Sequence record: NZ_CP035507.1
Source of the DNA: a plasmid
Length of the DNA: 64,000 nucleotides
Reading direction: 5' to 3' (one strand)
Shown here: piece after piece, positions 9,614 to 18,908 of the stretch
Layout: each line of letters starts with the position of its first letter
Position numbering within the stretch: the first letter of the stretch is position 1
Translations under genes and position numbers: made by a program
The notes under the pieces: generated by a model
Database searches by the model: none
Told to the model about the DNA's origin: nothing
The model's input: only the letters and a program-made list of their open reading frames with translations

Positions 9614-9901
9614 GTGGTGAAAACCTCAGTCGATCACTACATGTACCACAGTCCGATCCAGCTCGATGTCTTCCCGACCGAATTGCAGATGCGCCGGATC
9701 GATCCCGCGCGCAACATGCGTCGCTTCTATCGGCTGAGTGTGCAACGCGACCTTTTCGGTCGCGCCAGCCTTGTGCGCGAATGGGGCCGGATCGGTTTTC
9801 GGGGGCAGATGATGGTCGAGACCCACCCCGATGAAGGCAAGGCCATCACCGCGTTGATGAAGCTCGCAGCGGTGAAGAAGCGGCGCGGGTACGTCGACTG
9901 A
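9614..9901 (+). CDS. WGR-domain protein
   Basis: RRIDPARNMRRFYRLSVQRDLFG...REWGRIGFRGQ...KKRRGYVD matches the WGR domain. GTG start at 9614, or ATG at 9641. Hairpins 9561-9578 and about 9584-9605 upstream look like the terminator of the preceding gene. Confidence 0.7.
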   Translation: MVKTSVDHYMYHSPIQLDVFPTELQMRRIDPARNMRRFYRLSVQRDLFGRASLVREWGRIGFRGQMMVETHPDEGKAITALMKLAAVKKRRGYVD

Positions 9902-10017
9902 CGCTGAAACCAGACGAGCGCGCCATGAAGCACTGACGGTTCATTATCGTCATGTGCTCGCCCGATTTGCGTTGAAAAACCGAAGCCTAAGCCATAGGGT
10001 CAGCGGAGGCCCAGTTA

Positions 10018-10926
10018 TTGGGCGCGCATAGTTTTAATGCGCACGGTTATGCTTGGGGGGAAGTCGTGTCGAACGACAAGTCGGATCTACGCTGGGGAGT
10101 CGAGCAACGTCTCGAGTTCATCGAGTTCCGCCTGTTCTGGGAGGGGCACGTGAACCGCATTGATCTGATGGATCAATTCGGGGTTTCGGTGAACCAGGCA
10201 TCAATGGACCTTAATCGCTATATCGGTTTTGCCCCCGAGAACATGGTCTATGACAAGAGTGCCCGGACCTACGTGCGCGGGCCAGGGTTCAAGCCACAGT
10301 TTCTAGAGCCTGACGCAAGCCGGTATCTGGCCCAGCTGCGGTCTGTAGCTGACGGTATCCTCGATAGAGAAGACTCTTGGATAGCCGACTTGCCGCCCTA
10401 CGCAGCCTCGCCTACGCCCGTGCGTGGCGTTGACCCTATCACCCTCCGGTCAGTCGTTGGGGCAATCCGGCGTTCGGAGGCGATCGAGGTCAAATATCAG
10501 TCCTTGTCGAACCCTGAGCCACGTTGGCGCTGGATTGCGCCCCATGCCATCGCTTTTGATGGCTTCAGGTGGCATGCGCGCGCCTATTGTCTCTCCGACG
10601 AAGTCTTCAAGGATTTCCTACTCTCTCGGATGATCGAAATTCGTGGGTGCACTGAGAGCGCCGCGGTGCCTTCGGCGGACGCGGATTGGAATGATAACGT
10701 GGTCCTCGAGATAGGCCCGCATCCTGATCTTTCCCCGACACAGGCAAAGGTCATTGCGCTCGACTACGGCATGGATGGGGGAAAGGCGGCGATCAAGGTT
10801 AGGCGCGCCCTTCTCTATTACGCATTGCGACGGCTTGGACTGGATACCGATCCAAGCGCGCGACCGCCCCAAGATCAGCAAATCGTGCTGCTTAACCGAG
10901 AGACACTGGAGGCGACAGCGCCATGA
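10018..10926 (+). CDS. WYL-domain transcriptional regulator (BrxR/CapW-like wHTH-WYL), likely regulator of the downstream defence operon
   Basis: N-terminal wHTH RWGVEQRLEFIEFRLFWEGHVNRIDLMDQFGVSVNQASMDLNRYI, typical of BrxR/CapW. WYL-type core ...RWRWIAPHAIAFDGFRWHARAYCLSDEVFKDFLLSRM. TTG at 10018. GTG at 10066 with a GGGGGAAG SD is an alternative start. Confidence 0.75.
   Translation: MGAHSFNAHGYAWGEVVSNDKSDLRWGVEQRLEFIEFRLFWEGHVNRIDLMDQFGVSVNQASMDLNRYIGFAPENMVYDKSARTYVRGPGFKPQFLEPDASRYLAQLRSVADGILDREDSWIADLPPYAASPTPVRGVDPITLRSVVGAIRRSEAIEVKYQSLSNPEPRWRWIAPHAIAFDGFRWHARAYCLSDEVFKDFLLSRMIEIRGCTESAAVPSADADWNDNVVLEIGPHPDLSPTQAKVIALDYGMDGGKAAIKVRRALLYYALRRLGLDTDPSARPPQDQQIVLLNRETLEATAP
10024..10042. 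promoter_or_regulatory. Palindrome GCGCAT-N7-ATGCGC at the 5' end of the WYL regulator gene (candidate autoregulatory operator)
   Basis: Perfect 6 bp inverted repeat separated by 7 bp (gcgcatagttttaatgcgc). BrxR/CapW-family regulators bind inverted repeats at their own promoters. Confidence 0.35.
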
Positions 10927-10999
10927 GAAAAATGGTTCTCTCGTCTGCTGTCGAACACTTACGGCTCGCCAGGTTTGGATTGAAAAGAGTGCGTCTCAA

Positions 11000-13951
11000 A
11001 TGAGTTCAGCAATCCCCACCCCCGGGTCCGTCATCAGCCTCCGCTCCGCCACCTGGAAGGTGCTGGGCACCTCGACGCTGAAGCGCGGATTCCGGGAGGT
11101 CCACTGTCGGGGCCTGAACGGTCTGGTTCGTGACAAGGAGGCCCGGTTCGTCTGGGATCTCGAGAAGGGTGCGCGCGTCCTTGACCCCGCGGCGGTCGGG
11201 CTCGTCCCGGACACGTCCCCCGGTCTGATCGACACGAAGCTGCACCTAGCAGCCGCGTTCCGGGCGACACCGACGACGACGCGTCGCCCCCTGACGCTCG
11301 GCCGGGCCGCGATTGACGATCTGACGTTCCAGCACCTACCGGTCGAGCGGGCGCTGGCCCAGGACCGTGTGCGCCTCCTAATCGCGGATGATGTCGGCCT
11401 CGGGAAGACCCTTGAAGCGGGCCTGATCACCTCGGAGCTTGCCCTGCGCGGCCGGGCGGACCGGATCCTCGTAGTCACGACCCGTGCCATGCTTACTCAG
11501 TTCCAGAAAGAATTCTGGACGCGGTTTTCGATCCCGCTTTCCCGGCTCGACAGCGCCGCTATCCGACGGATGCGGAACAAGATCCCGGCCCATTACAACG
11601 TGTTCGACCAGTTCGACCGGTCCATCGTCTCGATCGACACCCTGAAAAGGGACAACCAGATCAGGGACGCGCTGAAACATTCCTATTGGGATCTGATCAT
11701 CATCGACGAGGCGCACAACGCCGCCGAACGGAAGTCGGCCGCCGGGTCGAACTCGCAGCGGGCGGAACTGGCGCAGCTACTGTCTCGCCGGACCGACTCC
11801 CTGCTCCTACTGACCGCGACCCCGCATGATGGGTCGCAGGAAAGCTTCGCAAGTCTTATCAAGATGCTGGACCCGACCAGGGTTCCAGACCCGACGCGGC
11901 TGCACCGGTCTGACATCGAGGATCTTGTTGTACGCCGGTTCCGCTCGTCGCCGGAGGTGGTCGCCGATATCGGCCGAGAGGTTCCAAAACGGCAGCTGTT
12001 CCCGCGCCGCTTCCCGCTCAGCCCGCAGGAGGAGGTGGCCTATCAGGCGATCGCGGACCTCCACCTCGATCTTGATGAGGAACAGACCCGAGGGCGCGCA
12101 ATCGATCTGTTCCGGACTACGATCGCCAAAGCGATCTTTTCCAGCCCGGCCGCTTGCTACGAGACGCTCTCACGCCGGATACGTGGAATTGAAAACAAAA
12201 CTGCCCGTGGCAGCGAGGCGGACCTGCATCGACTGCGGGCGTTGGCAGAGCAAGTAGATGCGATCGATACGGGTGCTTTCAGCAAGTATCAGGAACTTCT
12301 TCGCCTGCTGCGCCAGTTGAACTGGACCGGGCGGGCAGCGCGGGATCGGCTGGTCATCTTTTCGGAACGGATCGCAACTGTGTCCTGGCTCGCGGACCGG
12401 TTGCGCGAGGACCTTGGGCTCTCGGCCGACCAGGTAGCGCGGGTGGATGGGGGGAGCGTCGAGGCTGACGTGCGGACCCAGGAGGTGATTGAGGCGTTCG
12501 GTCAGGAGCGGTCACCGATCCGGATCCTGATCGCCTCCGACATGGCGTCCGAGGGGCTCAACCTCCACTTCCAGTGCCACCGGCTCATCCATTTCGACCT
12601 CCCCTGGTCCCTTCTGCGGTTCCAGCAGCGCAACGGGCGGATCGACCGGTACGGGCAGGACCGGCCCCCGCAGATCAGCTACTTCGTTGGCGAGAGCACG
12701 CATCCGAAGGTGCGTCAGATGTGGGTGCTCGAGAAGCTTGTCGCGAAGGACGAAGCGGCTCAGGCGGGCGTCGGTGATCCGGCTGTGTTCCTCGGCGCGG
12801 GGGACGCGGACGGGGAGGAGGCGGTCGTCGCGGAGGCGGTCGCCGCCGGCATAGGCGCGGAGGAGTTCGAGCGCCAGATGGACGACCGGGCCGCGGAGGC
12901 CGTGACCCATTTGTCGATCGACGATGAGTTTGCGGCCCTATTCGGGGATTACGCAGCCCCGGCAACGGCCGACGCGGCTCCCCCGACGGATCAGGCCCCG
13001 CCTCGCCTGTACCCGGACACCTTCACTTACGCTCAGGCGATGATCGAGCGGCTGTCCAGACCGGAGGAGAAAGCCTTCCCGGAGCTGCCGAAGATCCAAG
13101 CTGCCGACCGTCTCATCCAGCTCGCCATCCCTGATGATATGCGCGCGCGCGATGGGTTTGGCTACGCGAGCGAAGGGGCGGTGGATGGGCGATTCATGCC
13201 GGAGGAGGCGGTCGGCCCCGGAGGCCGGATCGAGCTGACCGACCAACCCGAAGTGATCAACCAAGCTATCAACAATGCGAAAGCGCAGGAGCGTGCCTGG
13301 CCTACCGTCCAATATCTCTGGGACGGGCACCCGATCCTGCAATGGTTCGCAGACCGGGCCAGCACCTTCTTCCCGGAGCATGCCGCCCCGGTGGCGTCCC
13401 TCCACGGACGCATGCCTCCGGGGGAGGTGGCCGTGGTCCTGCATGGGGCGATCCCGAACGCGAACGGGGCCCCGGTCGTGGACCGGTGGGCCGTGGTGAT
13501 CCGGTCGGCTGATGGGACCGTGCGGATCGAGGAGGTGGGCACATTTCTGGAACGGACCCGGCTCGCCGGGGACACCCCGAGCCGCCCATTGGAGGACCTC
13601 TCGGCGGCGCAGGCAGCGATCCCGGTCGCGGTGGACCGGTTTCAGACGCATCTTGTCGAGCTGCGGAAGGCACGAGAGGCGGATATCCAGCGGGACCTCG
13701 ACGCGGTTCTTGACCGGCTGACCACCCTGGAGACGCGTTTCCGAGCCCAGCTTACGCTTGATCTTGGCGACGTGCCCGGCGCTGATGAAGGGCTCAGCCC
13801 GGTTGAGAAGAGACGCCTGACAATCCGCCGCAGGCGGGAACAGGAGATCGAAAAGCTGTTCCACGACTGGACAGACTGGTTCGAGCGGACCCGGAAGATG
13901 ATTCCGGACCCGAACCCGCATGTCGACGTCAAAGCTGTGTTTGTGGGGTGA
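11000..13951 (+). CDS. SNF2-family helicase (DrmD-like)
   Basis: ATG at 11000 (MSSAIPTPG...). The 10754 alternative-start extension overlaps the WYL gene and is unlikely. Motif I ADDVGLGKTLEAG. Motif II DLIIIDEAHNA (DEAH box). HELICc region SDMASEGLNLHF...QQRNGRIDRYGQ (motif VI). Confidence 0.8.
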   Translation: MSSAIPTPGSVISLRSATWKVLGTSTLKRGFREVHCRGLNGLVRDKEARFVWDLEKGARVLDPAAVGLVPDTSPGLIDTKLHLAAAFRATPTTTRRPLTLGRAAIDDLTFQHLPVERALAQDRVRLLIADDVGLGKTLEAGLITSELALRGRADRILVVTTRAMLTQFQKEFWTRFSIPLSRLDSAAIRRMRNKIPAHYNVFDQFDRSIVSIDTLKRDNQIRDALKHSYWDLIIIDEAHNAAERKSAAGSNSQRAELAQLLSRRTDSLLLLTATPHDGSQESFASLIKMLDPTRVPDPTRLHRSDIEDLVVRRFRSSPEVVADIGREVPKRQLFPRRFPLSPQEEVAYQAIADLHLDLDEEQTRGRAIDLFRTTIAKAIFSSPAACYETLSRRIRGIENKTARGSEADLHRLRALAEQVDAIDTGAFSKYQELLRLLRQLNWTGRAARDRLVIFSERIATVSWLADRLREDLGLSADQVARVDGGSVEADVRTQEVIEAFGQERSPIRILIASDMASEGLNLHFQCHRLIHFDLPWSLLRFQQRNGRIDRYGQDRPPQISYFVGESTHPKVRQMWVLEKLVAKDEAAQAGVGDPAVFLGAGDADGEEAVVAEAVAAGIGAEEFERQMDDRAAEAVTHLSIDDEFAALFGDYAAPATADAAPPTDQAPPRLYPDTFTYAQAMIERLSRPEEKAFPELPKIQAADRLIQLAIPDDMRARDGFGYASEGAVDGRFMPEEAVGPGGRIELTDQPEVINQAINNAKAQERAWPTVQYLWDGHPILQWFADRASTFFPEHAAPVASLHGRMPPGEVAVVLHGAIPNANGAPVVDRWAVVIRSADGTVRIEEVGTFLERTRLAGDTPSRPLEDLSAAQAAIPVAVDRFQTHLVELRKAREADIQRDLDAVLDRLTTLETRFRAQLTLDLGDVPGADEGLSPVEKRRLTIRRRREQEIEKLFHDWTDWFERTRKMIPDPNPHVDVKAVFVG

Positions 13952-13955
13952 TCGA

Positions 13956-16900
13956 ATGGACCTGATCGGGATCGAAAACGAAGCCGAGTTCTTCCCGTCC
14001 GGGACCCTTTCGGACGTGCTGAAGGAGGAGCTTCAGGACATCACCGCCCGCTGGGCCGGTCTGGACCGGGCCGCCCATCCGGTCGAGCGGCTGGCCCGCG
14101 TCGCCGGCCCGACCGTCGAGGCGCTGCGCCAGGTGCGTAACAGTTCGGATCGGTCCCGGCGCGCCGAACTGGTCAGGGACGCGCACCACGACGTGCTGAC
14201 CGCCCTCGGCTACGTGTGGCGGCGCGAGGGGGCCTACACGGCTCTCGACGGGGCGCCGGTAATCCCACTCGTGTCCCGCGCAGCAGATACCAGCGGTCGT
14301 GATGCGCTCTGGGTGATCGAGGCGCCGATCCCGGCCCCGGAGGACGAGGCGTCGGACCCGCTGGGGACCTGCTTCACGGAGGAGCAGCTTCCACCGGACC
14401 AGCGCGAGGCAGCCCTGACCGACCGGACCATCGAGTCCGTCCTCGCCGAGGGGGTGTTCGAGCTGTCCGACGGCCCTCGTCACGTGCTTGTCCTCGGCCT
14501 GTCGCAGATCGTGCTGATCGACAAGAGGAAATGGCCGGCCCGGTCCGTCCTCCGGTTCGACCTTCAAGAAATCTTCGCCCGGGCGGACCGGGACACGCTC
14601 ACCGTGATGGCCTGCCTGATCTCCCGAGAGGCGCGCGTCCCGGATCAGGGGGCGCCGATCTCGGATCGGCTCGAGGAGGAGGCGCAGCGGAACGCAAACG
14701 CAGTCACGACCTCCCTGAAGCGAACCGTCCGGGACGCGATCGAGCTGCTCGGCCAGGAGGTGATTGCGGTCACCGGCGGGAAGTACCCGTCCAGCTTCCC
14801 GGACCCGGCCCGGCGCGGGGTCTGGATCGACGGGCCGGAATTGTCGCGCGAATGCCTGCGTTACATGTACCGGCTGTTGTTCCTGTTCTACGCGGAGGCG
14901 AACCCCCGTCTGAACCTGCTCGACATGCGGAACCCGATCTACGCGACCGGATATTCGCTTGAGGCGCTGCGAGAACTGGAATCCGTTCCGCTCCGGACCA
15001 CGGCGGACCGGGAGGGGACGTTCCTCTGGGAAAGCCTTCAGCGGACCCTCGACCTCCTCTACACTGGGCTCGACCTCGCCGATGAGGAACGGGGGTCCGG
15101 TCTTCGCCTACCGGCCGTGAAGGTTTCCCTGCTCGACCCGGAGAGCACGCCACTCCTGAACGGGCTGCGGCTGCGGAACGAGGCAGTTCAACAGGTGATC
15201 CGCCTGCTGTCGCTCCGGTCCACCGGCAAGAGCACGGGCCGGATATCTTACGCGAAGCTTGGGATCGGCCAGTTGGGCGCGGTCTATGAGACCCTGATTT
15301 CGTTCACCGGAGTGGTCGCCAAGACCGACCTCATCGAGCTGAAACCCCGGAAGGGCCGGTCGAATGACGCGGCCGAGGACGGGGAGGAGGCCGAAGCCAC
15401 CGAACCGGAAGAGGACGGCGAGGAGGACCTGTTCGGTGAGGAAGAGGCCGAACAGGAGGACGCGTTCCGCCGTGATAAGGTGGACAAGCTGGCGCCCAGC
15501 TGGTTCGTCCCCCGCAGCCGGATCAACGAATTCGCCCCGGAAGAGATCGTCTTCAACGGGTCCGAGGCGCTCGTCTATGAAAAGGGGACCTTCATCTACC
15601 GCCTCGCCGGCCGGGACCGGGAGAAGTCCGCCTCCTACTACACGCCCGAACCCCTCGCCCGGTTGCTGGTCAAGCACGCGCTGATGGAGCGGTGCCGGGA
15701 CCTGACCGCCGATCAGCTTCTGGACCTGAAGATCCTCGAACCCGCGATGGGCTCTGCGGCCTTCCTCGTGGAGACCACGAACCAGCTGGCCGACCTCTAC
15801 CTCGAGCGGAAACAGAAGGCGACGGGCCGGACCATCCCGCAGGAGGACATCGTCCTCGAGAAGCAGCGGGTCCGGGCCTACATCGCAGACCGGAACTGCT
15901 TCGGGGTAGACCTCAACCCGATCGCCGTCGAACTGGGGGCGATCTCGCTGTGGCTGAACAGCCTGCACGGGAGCGAGTTCTCGCCCTGGTTCGGGGACCA
16001 GCTTCACGCCGGGAACTCCCTGATCGGCGCGCGCCGGGCCGCCTATGCCCCCGCGCTTCTCAGCGCCAAGGCGCAGGGCGACCTGTGGTTCAACGGGAAG
16101 CCCGATGAGATCGGCTGGCGCAAACGCCTGCCGGACGGGCACGTCTGGCAGTGGCTCCTCCCCGCCAAGGACATGGCGAACTTCGACAAGGACAAGTCGA
16201 TCGCCCCCTTCGCGAAATCCGCGCAGGATCAGATCAAGGCGTGGCGCAAGGACGGCTTCTTCAAGAAGCTCGAACCCCACGAGATCAAGCTGGTCCAGAA
16301 GCTCAGCCGGGTCGCCGAGGCGCTGTTCGAGCAGGTGGCCGAGGACCTCGCCAAGACGCGCGCAGCCGCGAATGACGAGATCACGCTCTGGCCGAACAAG
16401 GTCATGCCGGGGAACAAGCGGCTAGACTTCCACGAAAAGGCTCGCCTGAACGCCCACCTGACCGGGGCTGACCACGCGACCAACACGCTCCCCTACAAGC
16501 GGCTGAAAACAGCGATGGACGCGTGGTGCGCCCTCTGGCTCTGGCCGCTGGACAAGGCGGACCTTCTGCCCGGCCGGGCGGAGTTCCTTCAGGGGATGGC
16601 GATGATCCTTGAGGGCGGGTTCACCGCTGACGGATCGCTGGCCGCGCCGAGCGTGTCGGAGTTCGCCGATCCGGCCCCGGACTTCCTCGACCTGCTGGAA
16701 CCCGACGCCCCCGCCCGCGACCTGTTCAAGGCCGCCGCCAAGCGGCAGGACGGGCTGTTCCGGGAAACGAATGTCGAGGCGCTGATCGAGAATTTCGACT
16801 GGCTGAAGACGGCGGTCGAGGTGGCCGAGCGCGAGCGCTTCGTGCATTTCGACCTGATCTTCGCCGACGTGATGAAGGCGCGCGGCGGCTTTGACGTCAT

Positions 16901-18908
16901 CGTCGGAAACCCGCCCTGGGCCAAGCCCTCGTGGAACGAGGGGCTGGTGTTGGCGGATATCGACCCGCTTCATGCGGGGCTGTCGGCGTCGGACGCGAAG
17001 AAGGTCCTGCCCGAGGCGCTGCCTAAGGCCCCGCCCGTGCGGCGCGAGGGGAGGACGGTTCCGGCCGTCGAGGCGTTCCTACAGGATTTCGTGTCGACTC
17101 GGGGGGCGATGGAGGTAACTTCGTCCGAGGTGATGAACCCCTTTGCCGGGGGCGGGTCGAACAACCTCTATCGCTGCTTCATCGACCTGTCGTTCCGGTT
17201 GGTCGCGCAGCAGGGTTATGCGGCGCTGATCCATCAGGACGGGCATCTGGGCGACCCGAAGTCGGGGGTGTTCCGGCGGCACTGGTATGCGCGGATCGCG
17301 AAGCATTTCGAATTCATCAACCGGATGAAATCGCGGAACTTCATGGAGGTTGATCACAACGTCAGATTCAGCCTGAACATCTATCGCGGCGAGCAGCGCG
17401 CGCCAGATTTCGAGAAATTCACTTACGCCTTCACAGCCGCACAGGTCGAAGATTCGTATGCGGATCAGGACGGGATCGGCCCGGTCCCCAGTATCAAGAA
17501 TTCAGAAGGGAACTGGGACACCCGCGGCCATCGTGACCGCGTGATGCGGATCGACCGCGATGCGCTGGCGGTGATCCATGCCCTTTCTGAAGATGAGACG
17601 GTCGCGGTTGAAGAGGCCCGGTTCATTCAGCCTTATTCGGCCCGAACCCTGGACGTCTTCCGCCAGATGGCGCGGTTTCCAAAACTCGACGCCGCGATCC
17701 CACGGATCGAGCGTTCGGTGAGCGCGGGTGCTGGAGAGCGGATAATTGAAATTCCGTTGTGGCAACAGTCGCCCCACTGGCATGAAACGGCTGCCCAAAA
17801 AGACGGGACAATCCGGCGTGAGACTGGCTTCCGAGCAGCGGATCAGATGATACTTCAGGGACCGCTGTTTCACGTCGGGAACCCGATTTACAAGACGCCC
17901 AAGGCGATCTCACGGACAAATGCGGATTACCTCGTTGTCGACCTGACCACCGCGCCTGAAGACTATCTGCCGCGCACGAATTACGGTCCGGCGCTGGAGA
18001 TGAAAGATTACCGGAGCCGGATGACCCAGTGCCGCTGGGACCCGACGAAAGGCCACGCCGATTTCTATCGCGTGGCGTTTCGGAACATGATTGCTCTAAA
18101 CGGAGAGCGCAGCTTGATCGGTGCGATGATCCCGCCGGGCGCGGCGCACATACACAAGGTTGAAAGCATCGCTTGTGCGGACGTTTCAGTTTCTCTCGCA
18201 ATACACTCGTTCGCTTGTTCGATCCCGTTCGACTATTTGGTCAAGGCAAACGGACGCGGTGATCTTTTTGCCTCTGATATAGGCCGATGGCCGTTTCCAG
18301 AACTGGAGGATACCGCCAGGCACCGCTCCCTGCGACTCGCCTGTATCACCTCGGCCTACGCCGACCTCTGGAACTGCCACGCTACCACACTTGATGTCCT
18401 CCCGTGGTCCTCCCCTGACCCCCGACTCCACCTCGAAGGTCCGGTCGAAGGCCCGGTCACTTGGGACCGAACCGCAGGCCTCCGGACCGAATTCGCCCGC
18501 CGCATGGCGCTTGTCGAGATTGACGTGCTGGTCGCGCAGGCGCTCGGCCTGACCCTCGACCAGTTGATCGAGATCTATCGGATCTACTTCCCGGTCCTTC
18601 AGGAGAACGAGGCGGGCACCTGGTATGACCAGAAGGGCCGGATCGTCTGGACCTGCTCCAAGGGCCTGCCCGGCGTCGGCTGGCTCGACGACCGCGGCAA
18701 AAGCCCCGGCCGCGCCGCCTGGGAGCGTATCCTCGCCGACAACCCGACGGAACTGACCTGCACCGCCATCGACGACACGATGCCCGGCGGCCCCCGCACC
18801 GTCACCCGCCACTTCGTCGGCCCCTTCACCCGGTGCGACCGGATCGAGGACTACCGCCGCGCCTGGGCCCATTTCGAGCGGCTGAAATCCGAAGAGGCCG
18901 CTGAATGA
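13956..18908 (+). CDS. Giant N6-adenine DNA methyltransferase, PglX/DrmMI-like (type IIG-like gamma-class)
   Basis: About 1650 aa. SAM-binding motif I ILEPAMGSAAFLVE. Catalytic motif IV VIVGNPPWAKPSW. YYTPEPLARLL motif. Acidic low-complexity insert AAEDGEEAEATEPEEDGEEDLFGEEEAEQED. The start MDLIG at 13956 lies 5 nt after the SNF2 stop. Confidence 0.8.
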   Translation: MDLIGIENEAEFFPSGTLSDVLKEELQDITARWAGLDRAAHPVERLARVAGPTVEALRQVRNSSDRSRRAELVRDAHHDVLTALGYVWRREGAYTALDGAPVIPLVSRAADTSGRDALWVIEAPIPAPEDEASDPLGTCFTEEQLPPDQREAALTDRTIESVLAEGVFELSDGPRHVLVLGLSQIVLIDKRKWPARSVLRFDLQEIFARADRDTLTVMACLISREARVPDQGAPISDRLEEEAQRNANAVTTSLKRTVRDAIELLGQEVIAVTGGKYPSSFPDPARRGVWIDGPELSRECLRYMYRLLFLFYAEANPRLNLLDMRNPIYATGYSLEALRELESVPLRTTADREGTFLWESLQRTLDLLYTGLDLADEERGSGLRLPAVKVSLLDPESTPLLNGLRLRNEAVQQVIRLLSLRSTGKSTGRISYAKLGIGQLGAVYETLISFTGVVAKTDLIELKPRKGRSNDAAEDGEEAEATEPEEDGEEDLFGEEEAEQEDAFRRDKVDKLAPSWFVPRSRINEFAPEEIVFNGSEALVYEKGTFIYRLAGRDREKSASYYTPEPLARLLVKHALMERCRDLTADQLLDLKILEPAMGSAAFLVETTNQLADLYLERKQKATGRTIPQEDIVLEKQRVRAYIADRNCFGVDLNPIAVELGAISLWLNSLHGSEFSPWFGDQLHAGNSLIGARRAAYAPALLSAKAQGDLWFNGKPDEIGWRKRLPDGHVWQWLLPAKDMANFDKDKSIAPFAKSAQDQIKAWRKDGFFKKLEPHEIKLVQKLSRVAEALFEQVAEDLAKTRAAANDEITLWPNKVMPGNKRLDFHEKARLNAHLTGADHATNTLPYKRLKTAMDAWCALWLWPLDKADLLPGRAEFLQGMAMILEGGFTADGSLAAPSVSEFADPAPDFLDLLEPDAPARDLFKAAAKRQDGLFRETNVEALIENFDWLKTAVEVAERERFVHFDLIFADVMKARGGFDVIVGNPPWAKPSWNEGLVLADIDPLHAGLSASDAKKVLPEALPKAPPVRREGRTVPAVEAFLQDFVSTRGAMEVTSSEVMNPFAGGGSNNLYRCFIDLSFRLVAQQGYAALIHQDGHLGDPKSGVFRRHWYARIAKHFEFINRMKSRNFMEVDHNVRFSLNIYRGEQRAPDFEKFTYAFTAAQVEDSYADQDGIGPVPSIKNSEGNWDTRGHRDRVMRIDRDALAVIHALSEDETVAVEEARFIQPYSARTLDVFRQMARFPKLDAAIPRIERSVSAGAGERIIEIPLWQQSPHWHETAAQKDGTIRRETGFRAADQMILQGPLFHVGNPIYKTPKAISRTNADYLVVDLTTAPEDYLPRTNYGPALEMKDYRSRMTQCRWDPTKGHADFYRVAFRNMIALNGERSLIGAMIPPGAAHIHKVESIACADVSVSLAIHSFACSIPFDYLVKANGRGDLFASDIGRWPFPELEDTARHRSLRLACITSAYADLWNCHATTLDVLPWSSPDPRLHLEGPVEGPVTWDRTAGLRTEFARRMALVEIDVLVAQALGLTLDQLIEIYRIYFPVLQENEAGTWYDQKGRIVWTCSKGLPGVGWLDDRGKSPGRAAWERILADNPTELTCTAIDDTMPGGPRTVTRHFVGPFTRCDRIEDYRRAWAHFERLKSEEAAE

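Noticed and set aside
10754-10999. Upstream extension of the SNF2 helicase ORF to 10754
   Set aside because: It would overlap the WYL regulator gene by about 170 nt in another frame. The ATG at 11000 gives a sensible N-terminus and spacing.
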